Below are positions 17,701 through 25,553 of a DNA stretch of 64,000 bases, in pieces; the first letter of the stretch is position 1, and every line of letters begins with the position of its first letter. This DNA is from an uncultured virus (IMG/VR IMGVR_UViG_3300042540_001015) (lineage: Duplodnaviria; Heunggongvirae; Uroviricota; Caudoviricetes), in the IMG/VR virus record IMGVR_UViG_3300042540_001015, one strand, 5' to 3'. The position numbers were made by a program, and so were the translations under genes. The notes beneath the pieces are model-generated. The model worked only from the letters and a program-made list of their open reading frames with translations, ran no database searches and was not told the origin of the DNA.

Positions 17701-20440
17701 GGGTCGCGTCACTGGTGAACTCGTTGTGCCCGGCAAGTCGAGCAAGGCCGTCGAGCACGCCGAGCGACTCATCGATGCCTTCAAGAAAGCGAGAGACGAG
17801 CACTATCACGGGATCGCTCCCGAAGAGTTGCACGACTCGATTCGCAGGACGACTCAGAACGGCGTCGTCGATGACGTGCTTCGCGCTTGGTCTGAAGACC
17901 GCCTCGCGCACTACGCGGCTGGCGACTACAAGGAGAAGACTGGCGTCGGCGGCAAACTGAACTCGATCGCTAAGAACATCGTCAACAACGACACCTCGCT
18001 GATGGGAGACCCAGGCGCGGGCTCCCGCCGAAGCAACATGATCAAGGTGATGCGAGAGGCGTCGGCCAGGACCGGGCTGCCCGTTGCATATTTGCAGGAC
18101 GTCCTGTGGCAGGACGAGCAGGACGCCTACGCCTCCCTCGGCGCGAAGACGGCGACAGGCTTTGGGCAGTTGTCTCTGTACTCCGACCAGATCAGAAGGA
18201 TCGCCCAGGATCAAAAAAACAATCGCCGTCCGATGGCATCGAAGGATCGCTCCTCGCGACGGGCCTACAAGGAGGCCCAAGAGGACTCGTATCGCGACTA
18301 CGAACGCGGCGGCCGAGAGCAGATGCTCTGGGACGTTGCCCTCGCGAAGGTCAGCGACCAAGAATTCGCTAATGCCGTCATCGCCTTGGCCGAAGGAGGC
18401 AAAGAATCTCGCGGCTTCTGCGCCACAGGCGAAGGCGGAGGCATTGACAACTCGTGCGGCAGCGACGGCAAGGCCGCCGACGGCGACGAAAAGCAGTCAG
18501 GCAGCGAGTGGGCCGCCTCATCGGCGGGCGAGCCGACGTCCTCCACCGTCAAAATTGGAGACAAGCAGGAAGAAATCGACTCTCGCCTGGGCAAGATGGG
18601 CGTCAACATGGGCGAGGTCATGGCGATGGCGGGCGCAGGAGCCGACGGCGTCTACACATTCATCCGTCGCGACCAGGAAAAGCCCAACGAGAACGGGATT
18701 CACATCGAAACCACTCGCGATTTGGCCGGTGTGAGGGACGGAATGTTCACCACGACGGTGATTCGGAACGCCGGAACGGAGTCCGATCCCGAAATTGTCA
18801 TCGATCACAAGTTGATGGACGTCTCTCCGGCCGTCGCGTCCGACCCAGAGAAGCGGCACGAAGCGGCGAGGGTGTTTTTTCGCACGATGACCGACAATGT
18901 CGAGGCCGCACTCAAGTCTGGAGCGTCGAAAATTGTCCTGAACGCCGCCGGGAACGCTCGCGGCGAGGGCTCGAAGCGTCGAGAGATCGACGGAAACTCG
19001 TTCCGAGGCTACACGATCTGGCCGCGAATGGGTTTTGACGCTCCGATTCCGTTCAATCTCAAAAATAAGTTGCCGGAAGGCCTCGATCACTGCCGCACGT
19101 TGCTCGATTTGCACGCAACGCCCGCCGGAACACGCTGGTGGAGGGACAACGGCACCGACATCGACGTCCAACTCGACCTGAGTCGAGCCGATAGCCCCCA
19201 AATGCAGGTCTTCGGGCGTTTCGCGAGGCACTTCGAGCGAGACAGGCGAGAACTTGCCTACGGAACCGGCGATGGATGGCTCTCTCCGGCCGATCAGGCG
19301 AAACTCGACGAGTTGTGGGAAGGGATTTGGGACGAAGGGCTCCTCGACGACTACTCTGGCGAGGAAGAATCGCGAGCATTTTGTCCGACCGGCGATGGCG
19401 GCGGCATCGACAACTCGTGCAGCGCGAGCGATTCGTCGTCCGGCTCAGAATGGGCGGCCGCTTCGACGTCTCCGCCGAAGGAAGGCACCGCAGACTGGGG
19501 CCAGACGAGCGGAACTGAAATCTGGACCCCTGCGAAGCCTCTGTTCAAGGGCTCTGATCGGGTTGCGAGCATCAGGATCAATCGCGCCGCAGAGGTTCGC
19601 GAGATCGCAGAGGAGTTTGGGCTCGGCATCTCCGAGGTGACTGACGCCTCCGGCCCCGTAAGCGAGTCAACCGAGCGTGCTCACATCACTCTCCCGAGAG
19701 TCGAGGTTGGGCCGACCGGGAACGGCATACAGATTTCCTGGACTTGTCGCGGCGCAACGACCGGCGATGGTTACGCTCCGCACGAGAAGCCGTTCGCCGA
19801 GCCGAAAGATACGGTCGTGAACGCGGTCAGCGCGTATCGCGTGATCGAGAGAAGCCCGACCAGCGGTCTCACGCTGACTCTCGGGTCGTTCGACATCCAT
19901 CCCGACTTCCAGGGCAAGGGCATTGCCCTGGAGATGACCGGACGCGTCGTGTCTGCCCCGGTCGACGCGATCATAATGACAGCCGCGAGGCAGGATGACC
20001 CCAATCCACGGATGCGGATGACCGGATACGCGGAGTGGGCCAAGCACGGGTACAACGCCCACATCAACAGCGTGAAGGCAGTCCTTCAGGCCAAGGGCGT
20101 CGACCTGCCTGACGAGTTCGGCCACTGCCGCTCCCTCCTCGACCTCTACGCGACCCCCGGCGGGCCGGAGTTCTGGAGAGAGCACGGCGACACGATCACG
20201 CTGCGGTTCGACAAGCGTCCACGCAGCCAGAGTTACAACGCGTTGTTTGCAACACAGGACCGCGTTCGCAGGAAGAATCGTATGGAAGAGCCCTGGACGA
20301 GGCCCGCGACTGGCTCGGACTGCGACTACGATCCCGAAATCGACGCCGCGTGGGCGGAGATTCAAAGCAACGGAGGCCTCGACGGCCTGCCCCCAGAGGA
20401 GCCCGAAGATGGCGACCCCCGAGAAGTACAGCCACATTAA
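14786..20440 (+). CDS. 1884-aa multi-module head cargo polyprotein (5 tagged modules: unknown, GNAT-like x3, glycosylase-like)
   Basis: five [FY]C[PA]TG..GxDNSC tags; three paralogous GY..W.[RK].G[FY] domains; FGPKVGPFY...TADVWF domain. Confidence 0.75.
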   Translation: MSAAEKATQLIEEIKAAVGISESDDLAKWWDEDADRLNKMAEEAKKIAVKVESRAFCPTGEGNGIDNSCGSGDRGPKMAPDKDSGGGRGGDGDNFDAVANEILRSIEATGGYSVHPITAESPTTGYMVSTVSQAEEKIAGLENVTGDRIREYFDKHKDYLSENPQLHLGGWFNLEDGLVYLDLSERFEDVDDAIDKAVEKNQLAIWDLNTKSEIRKEDYDGRRTRKKEPRSVRLPARSGPGRDRGGDPKGRIQAPGGEGGEGGEARAFCATGEGGGVDNSCSAGESSSGSEWVASSTATATEEQEPQYTEAATPPSRSGWKRSEGMTTWSREELQSSKSPSETAKSLGSLTIVGGKWASEALSNVGVSLDDVIEACSFPDESSNVVIVPGEPAQAFDVMSGKDNKVGFLDEITVTTVSTLEGSDSQNHAMTSLRRHEDGTLEMKLIGLLVADDVKQNNRIAAARRILDQVPRMIANAERLGVDKVSLRAAGDSENEKYQGYKIWPRIGFDGAIPRKLVTSKYTLMKGVFNSYGDRIPDSILSPRAKQEKASGKLTVQALYETKEGQRWWERNGGDMPMSLDIKDKESPGMKAFEKSRARIGNRSLSEFLLSESRSLNLFWPAWLERRAYCPTGEGNGIDNSCSSSEGGAASSAIASAVQSPEKSSSPAGPLKWTSGDPTGDITSRVMAAPPTVRSADGRTIESTSIPDAHIYPFAGRQWVSTIDAGAYLSSMQDQVRGGVINTATGRGELSRESLDYITTAIADQGITAANRGIVPLFYSPEELDRQLQEFSSLIPQVRGGRMKDGTLIEQEDAEHLFRVVQALTSPNATPFANMQRTDSLLRKFFEGDGRITTGDSLGVTGPGIRKSLQRFQAIVDTLGRRTGGRVDTAAGLAAARQMLQHQMLPAKEIDKFFADFKSDKDSKDAWKPGNYLVGEVVPVFSTFGPKVGPFYENNQGNLDPLTADVWFTRTWGRVTGELVVPGKSSKAVEHAERLIDAFKKARDEHYHGIAPEELHDSIRRTTQNGVVDDVLRAWSEDRLAHYAAGDYKEKTGVGGKLNSIAKNIVNNDTSLMGDPGAGSRRSNMIKVMREASARTGLPVAYLQDVLWQDEQDAYASLGAKTATGFGQLSLYSDQIRRIAQDQKNNRRPMASKDRSSRRAYKEAQEDSYRDYERGGREQMLWDVALAKVSDQEFANAVIALAEGGKESRGFCATGEGGGIDNSCGSDGKAADGDEKQSGSEWAASSAGEPTSSTVKIGDKQEEIDSRLGKMGVNMGEVMAMAGAGADGVYTFIRRDQEKPNENGIHIETTRDLAGVRDGMFTTTVIRNAGTESDPEIVIDHKLMDVSPAVASDPEKRHEAARVFFRTMTDNVEAALKSGASKIVLNAAGNARGEGSKRREIDGNSFRGYTIWPRMGFDAPIPFNLKNKLPEGLDHCRTLLDLHATPAGTRWWRDNGTDIDVQLDLSRADSPQMQVFGRFARHFERDRRELAYGTGDGWLSPADQAKLDELWEGIWDEGLLDDYSGEEESRAFCPTGDGGGIDNSCSASDSSSGSEWAAASTSPPKEGTADWGQTSGTEIWTPAKPLFKGSDRVASIRINRAAEVREIAEEFGLGISEVTDASGPVSESTERAHITLPRVEVGPTGNGIQISWTCRGATTGDGYAPHEKPFAEPKDTVVNAVSAYRVIERSPTSGLTLTLGSFDIHPDFQGKGIALEMTGRVVSAPVDAIIMTAARQDDPNPRMRMTGYAEWAKHGYNAHINSVKAVLQAKGVDLPDEFGHCRSLLDLYATPGGPEFWREHGDTITLRFDKRPRSQSYNALFATQDRVRRKNRMEEPWTRPATGSDCDYDPEIDAAWAEIQSNGGLDGLPPEEPEDGDPREVQPH

Positions 20441-22721
20441 GTTCGTCCCTCCGTCCGGCGTCCGCCGCGAGGCAGAGTACGGACTCAAACTCCGTCGCGA
20501 GCACGGCCGAGGCGGCACCGCCGTCGGCATCGCGCGTGCGAGAGACCTGTCGAACGGCACCGAGTTGTCGCCGTCGACCGTGCGTCGCATGAAGGCGTAC
20601 TTCGATCGCCACACCGTCGACCAGAAGGGCGAAGGATTCAACCGAGGCGATAAGGGCTGGCCCTCGAACGGCTACATCGCCGCGAAGTTGTGGGGCGGAT
20701 TCCAGAGCGGCTACTCGTGGGCAAAGAAGGTCGTCGAGCAGATGAACGCGGCCGACGAGAAGTCTCGTTCTTATAGTCCGGAAACGGAAACCCGTAGTCT
20801 CGAAGTCAAGGAGACTGGGATGCAAAACGTCGAGCGACGGTATTTGGCAGCGTCTGGTTCTGAGAATTCCACCGAGGGCGCACTCGGCGTCGAGCACCGC
20901 GCCGACCCGCAGACGGGCGAGAAGCGGACATACCTTATCGGGTATGCGGCCAAATTTAATACTGACAGTTTGCTGTTGGGGGATTTCGTGGAGAGGATCG
21001 CCCCGTCGGCATTCGAGATCGTCGAGAATGGCGAGGACCTCGAAGGGAAGCCCCTGGAGACTCGTGGCCTCTTCAACCACGATCCGAATCACCTCATCGG
21101 TCGCTTCCCCAACACGATGAAGTTGACCGTCGACAAGATCGGTCTCAAGTACGAGATCATGCTCCCCGAGAGCCGCAAAGATTTGGCCGAGAGCGTGGCT
21201 CGCGGTGACTTGAAGGGCAGTTCATTTTCGTTCGTCGTGGCCGAAGGCGGCGAGAAGTGGACCCGCGAAGGAGGCAAGAGCCGCCGCCTCGTGACGAAGA
21301 TCAAGTCGCTCCTCGACTGCGGGCCCGTGACCTATCCGGCCTACAGGGATAGCAGCGTTGCCGTCGCGAAGCGAAGTTACGAGCAGTTCGCTGCCAAGCC
21401 TCAGGCCCCAAAGGTCGATCTCTCCGCAGAGATGCGGAAGTGCCAGGAGTTCATCGGCGAGCGTCGCGGCTTCTGTCCGACGGGCCCGGGGGGCGGGATC
21501 GACAATTCTTGCGGCGGGAAGTCGGGGGCAAGCAAAAAGCCAGCCGACGACGTCGGCGCGGACATTCACGCTGATTCCTTGCCAGCCATCGCAGGCGCAG
21601 CCGCAGGAGCGGCGGTCGGCGCGATCGCCGGAGCGCCAGGGGCTGTCGTCGGGGGCTTCGCGGGCCTCGTCGCCGGAGCCGTCAGCGTTGACCGCTACGT
21701 CGCGAAGGTCGAGAAAGCGCTCAAGAGTGTCGGCTCTTCCATTAAGAAAATCGACACCTTTGCAAGAACGATCGGCAAGGCGATGAGCATCACCTCCACG
21801 AAAACAGGGGGAGTCCAGGCCGAAGGCGGCGGCGTGAAGATGACCATCGAAAAGTATGCGAAGGACGAGGTCGGCAAGTCTCTCGCAGGAAAGGTTGCCT
21901 TCATTGAGAACGCCACCAACGCGATTGGCGGCGAGGGAACCGAGAGCGTCGGCCGTCTGGCGGGCACGCTCGTCAAGGCCGGTCGCGACCTCGGCGTCGA
22001 TCACGTCATGGTTGCCCTCGACACGATGGATAGGCTTCACGAGGAGGCGTTCGTTGAAGCCGGTTTCACACATAGCATCACAGGCGACGACGCGACTCGC
22101 ATCACGATGATCAAGTCGTACAAGCGTTCGTCGAAGCGGTACGACGAACTTATGGCTTTCTACTCCGAGCGTCGCGGCTTCTGTCCGACAGGCCCAGGCG
22201 GCGGCGTCGACAACACCTGCGGCGGCGGCAAGGAGGGCGGATTTGGGTCTGGCAACGACGTCGGCAAGAATAAGCCCGAGCCGGATAAGCCAAGCGGCGG
22301 CACCGTGAAGTCAGAGAAGCCTCCGGGCGAGCCGAAGTACATGGAGTGGAAGAAGGGGAAGGATCACAAGAGCAAGTCCAAGACCGACAAGGCCCAGGGC
22401 TTCCTCGACAAGGCCCGCGAAGAGCAACTCTCAAAGGGCGGCAAGGACAAGGGCAAGGCCGACGAAGGCGGCGGCGTGCAGACCTGGAGCAAGGGCGATC
22501 ACTTCCCTTGGACGACGAAGCAGGTCGGCGACAAGGACGGCTATCTTCAAGGCGTTCACCCGGACGGCTCGAAGACGGAGCAGTATCCGTTCAAGGACGG
22601 CAACACGTCCGAGGCCGAGAAGATGCTCGGGGAGGAACTGAAGCGTCGGCCGGGGAAGCGTGCATACGACCCCCGCCAAGTCGTCGAAGACACGCTGAGG
22701 TTCCTGAAGGACCGTCGCTGA
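20409..22721 (+). CDS. HK97-type prohead protease with N-terminal extra domain and two C-terminal tagged modules
   Basis: GYAAKFN, FVERIAPSAF, LFNHD, SSFSF, GPVTYPAY motifs; ATG at 20409. Confidence 0.9.
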   Translation: MATPEKYSHIKFVPPSGVRREAEYGLKLRREHGRGGTAVGIARARDLSNGTELSPSTVRRMKAYFDRHTVDQKGEGFNRGDKGWPSNGYIAAKLWGGFQSGYSWAKKVVEQMNAADEKSRSYSPETETRSLEVKETGMQNVERRYLAASGSENSTEGALGVEHRADPQTGEKRTYLIGYAAKFNTDSLLLGDFVERIAPSAFEIVENGEDLEGKPLETRGLFNHDPNHLIGRFPNTMKLTVDKIGLKYEIMLPESRKDLAESVARGDLKGSSFSFVVAEGGEKWTREGGKSRRLVTKIKSLLDCGPVTYPAYRDSSVAVAKRSYEQFAAKPQAPKVDLSAEMRKCQEFIGERRGFCPTGPGGGIDNSCGGKSGASKKPADDVGADIHADSLPAIAGAAAGAAVGAIAGAPGAVVGGFAGLVAGAVSVDRYVAKVEKALKSVGSSIKKIDTFARTIGKAMSITSTKTGGVQAEGGGVKMTIEKYAKDEVGKSLAGKVAFIENATNAIGGEGTESVGRLAGTLVKAGRDLGVDHVMVALDTMDRLHEEAFVEAGFTHSITGDDATRITMIKSYKRSSKRYDELMAFYSERRGFCPTGPGGGVDNTCGGGKEGGFGSGNDVGKNKPEPDKPSGGTVKSEKPPGEPKYMEWKKGKDHKSKSKTDKAQGFLDKAREEQLSKGGKDKGKADEGGGVQTWSKGDHFPWTTKQVGDKDGYLQGVHPDGSKTEQYPFKDGNTSEAEKMLGEELKRRPGKRAYDPRQVVEDTLRFLKDRR

Positions 22722-25132
22722 TGAGCCTAAACGCTCGCATCGCGAGTCTCGTCGCGTTCTCGCAGTCGAGGGCGATGGGCACCGCCACGAACGCAGGCGG
22801 GGGTGCCCTCACGGGCACGAGCGACTGCGGGCGAGATGAGGATGGGAAGTTTGGTGCTGGCAACACCTGCGGCATCGGCATCAACATCAACGACAAGCAT
22901 CAGGACTTTACCGGATTAATCCTGGCCGGGCAGAAGACTTCCGAGACGAGAATAACTCACTCACTCAAGCCATACGTCGGCAAGACTGTCGGGATCGTCC
23001 GCACCGGAAAGGGCAAGGCGACGCTTGTCGGCACGATGAAGATCGGCGAGCCAAAGTTCTACAAGACGAGCAAGGACTTCGACGCCGACTTTGATAAGCA
23101 TCAAGTCGGTAAAGATTCGCCCCACTACATCGGCCCTGAGGGAAAGTACGGATACCCTCTCTCAGAGGTGAAGCCCGTCAAGCCGGTCGTGCTCAAGTCG
23201 AAGGGCATCATTGGGCGAGTCATTCACAAGTCGAAGCGAGACATGACGATCGTGTACGACCTCGCTGGCGAGGAGTCTCCGGAAGAGCCGAGAGCCTTTC
23301 TTCTCTCCGGGGGAGACGCCCGCTACGCCAGCCTCCTGGCATTCGCCGAGGCTCGCGACTGCGGGCGGGACCCCGACGGGAAGTTCTCGTCTGGCAACAC
23401 CTGCGCGGGCGGAGCCATTGCCGAGGCTGCGAAGGGTGCCGCCGCCGGGGCGGTGAAGGGTGCGATCACCGGCCTCCTCGCGGGCGGGCCCGCGACCGTG
23501 AAGCCCGGGGCCGCGATCGGTGCCGCCACCGGCGCAGTGAAGGGCATCTACGACAACCAGATGCGGCCAACGAGAGTGAAGAGGACGATTGAGAAGTTGG
23601 GCATGACGAGTGATCAGGTCGGCTCTCTCGTCGAGCGGCTCGGCGGCACGCCTAACTCCTCCGCAGACACGAAGGGCAACTCGCTGCGGATCACGATCCG
23701 AGACAAGGAAGGCAAGAAGTCTTTTCACGTCGAGATCGACAAGAAGAACATTACTGTCTACCCGCGAAGAGCATCCGGGGAACTGAGCAGCAAAGAAATA
23801 GACCGCGTCAAAAAGATCGCCGACGAGTCGACCCCGAAGTCGGTTGCCGTCGTCGTGAAGAAGAGTTCGTCGGCCTACGTCGCCAAACTCGTGAAGAGCG
23901 GCTTCACGTTGGCCGCAGGTCATGCCGCCGACATTCTCCTGGCGACCTACGCGACGCCTCTCGTCCACTCGGCCGTGGTCGATGCTGCCCAGTCCGTGAA
24001 GAAGCGAGTCTCTTCTCGCGGCTTCTGCCCCACGGGTGAGGGCGGGGGCATCGACAACTCGTGCAGCAGCCAGGACGGCGATTTTGCAGCCGCATCGGCC
24101 GGTGCCACGAAGACGTACTCAAAGGCCGCCGAGATCGAGGGGCCGAAGACGTTTGACTCGCAAGAGATTGCAAAGGAGATTGCCTGCGATCGGTTTGACG
24201 AAACAGGCGAACTTCAGCGATGGGCGAAGGGCTCTCGCGCAAGGCAGGCAGACGTCTCCGCCCATGTGGCTTCCGTTCGACTGGCTTCTCAGGCCGTTCC
24301 GGAGATTGGCGAGGCGAAAATCAACTTCATATCCCGGGCAGACGCCACAAGGGCGGGGATGCTTCGGGGGGTTTCGCCAAAGGAGGCCGAAGGCATCTTG
24401 GGCCTCACGAATACGGGCACGGGCGAGATCAGGATGATCATTGACAACCCGCCGACCCCGAAACTTATGCGGAAGGCTTTCGAGGATCAGGTTCTCTCGA
24501 CCGACCATCCGTCTCACGGAATTGTCCATGAGTTCGCTCATCACCTTCAGGTGGACGGCTACAGGCAATTCCTGATTGAAGACATCAAGTCGGTGATTGC
24601 TGACGGCAATCACAGCCAGAGCCAAAAGACTCACATGGAGAACTTGGTCAATCACCTTGAGGGCGGAGGAGAGATTCCGCCAGAAGCAGTCAAGGACGGG
24701 GAACGAAAACTGATGGAGAAGTTCGCCGAGTTTGCTCTCGCCGACAGGGACGTCCGGCCGTGGGCGATCGAGTTGCACAGGCAGATGGCCGACAAAGGCA
24801 ATCAAGATTCCAAGAAGCGGCTCGCCGACCTGGAGCGAGGCCACGATCTCGATTTGAATGAACTCAAGGCATACGAAATTGCCTCGAATTTCTGGTCTCA
24901 GGGCCTGAAGCCGCAGCCCGGAGTGGTGATGCCGCCGCCGCTCCCGGACTCGTTCGTGGCCCGGGTTCGCGGTGTTTCCAAATACGCGACCACCCAGCCG
25001 ATAGAATTAACGGCAGAGTATTGGACAGCCGTGGCCCTCGGATACCGCAAGCGAGACCCGTACCTGGATGAGATGTGCCTCGCATCGCACATGCCCGTTC
25101 CCAAAGAGCGAAAGGGGAAGGCGAAGAAATGA
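22721..25132 (+). CDS. head cargo polyprotein: ASCH-like domain, Gly/Ala-rich module, HEXXH metallopeptidase
   Basis: ATG overlaps the upstream TGA; LILAGQKTSETR (ASCH-like); IVHEFAHH...SKYATTQPIELTAE. Confidence 0.75.
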   Translation: MSLNARIASLVAFSQSRAMGTATNAGGGALTGTSDCGRDEDGKFGAGNTCGIGININDKHQDFTGLILAGQKTSETRITHSLKPYVGKTVGIVRTGKGKATLVGTMKIGEPKFYKTSKDFDADFDKHQVGKDSPHYIGPEGKYGYPLSEVKPVKPVVLKSKGIIGRVIHKSKRDMTIVYDLAGEESPEEPRAFLLSGGDARYASLLAFAEARDCGRDPDGKFSSGNTCAGGAIAEAAKGAAAGAVKGAITGLLAGGPATVKPGAAIGAATGAVKGIYDNQMRPTRVKRTIEKLGMTSDQVGSLVERLGGTPNSSADTKGNSLRITIRDKEGKKSFHVEIDKKNITVYPRRASGELSSKEIDRVKKIADESTPKSVAVVVKKSSSAYVAKLVKSGFTLAAGHAADILLATYATPLVHSAVVDAAQSVKKRVSSRGFCPTGEGGGIDNSCSSQDGDFAAASAGATKTYSKAAEIEGPKTFDSQEIAKEIACDRFDETGELQRWAKGSRARQADVSAHVASVRLASQAVPEIGEAKINFISRADATRAGMLRGVSPKEAEGILGLTNTGTGEIRMIIDNPPTPKLMRKAFEDQVLSTDHPSHGIVHEFAHHLQVDGYRQFLIEDIKSVIADGNHSQSQKTHMENLVNHLEGGGEIPPEAVKDGERKLMEKFAEFALADRDVRPWAIELHRQMADKGNQDSKKRLADLERGHDLDLNELKAYEIASNFWSQGLKPQPGVVMPPPLPDSFVARVRGVSKYATTQPIELTAEYWTAVALGYRKRDPYLDEMCLASHMPVPKERKGKAKK

Positions 25133-25275
25133 TCATCTTGCAGCAGCCCGGAGAAACTCCGGAGCAGTACGCAGAGCGAGTGAAGAAAATCCAGGAGGCT
25201 GTCTACGGAAAGCAGCCGAGCCTAGTTGAACTCTTGCAGAAAAAGGCCAAGGATGGCGACCGTCCGAAGCGGTGA
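25129..25275 (+). CDS. small hypothetical protein
   Basis: ATGA overlap with the upstream stop; MIILQQPGETPEQYAERV. Confidence 0.55.
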   Translation: MIILQQPGETPEQYAERVKKIQEAVYGKQPSLVELLQKKAKDGDRPKR

Positions 25276-25447
25276 TAAGTGTTCCAATTCCGGTTGCTGT
25301 GGTCTCATGGCAACTCGGAGTAGCCGACAGAGCGGCGAGTTCCAGATTCGATACCTCCGCTGCCAAGTCTGTGGCAATTGCGCGAGGTCGGTCGTGACTG
25401 CAAGCGACGTCCGGTCGATTTGCTGGCGACGCGCCAATCAAAAATAG
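25253..25447 (+). CDS. Ogr/Delta-like zinc-finger protein (candidate late-gene activator)
   Basis: C...C....TRSS......RYLRCQVCG pattern. Confidence 0.55.
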   Translation: MATVRSGDKCSNSGCCGLMATRSSRQSGEFQIRYLRCQVCGNCARSVVTASDVRSICWRRANQK

Positions 25448-25553
25448 TGTTGTGCCGCACAACACTTTCTTTCTCCCTGCTTCTTGGGGTGCCTGAGCGA
25501 TTGAATCTAGTGTGAACGTGTAGCCCCACTACCCGCACATAGGAATCAATCGC

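Noticed and set aside
12918..24064. FC...NSC tags as intein/Hint splice junctions or DNA-level mobile repeats
   Set aside because: There is no Hint domain, and synonymous variation shows conservation at the protein level rather than as a DNA element.
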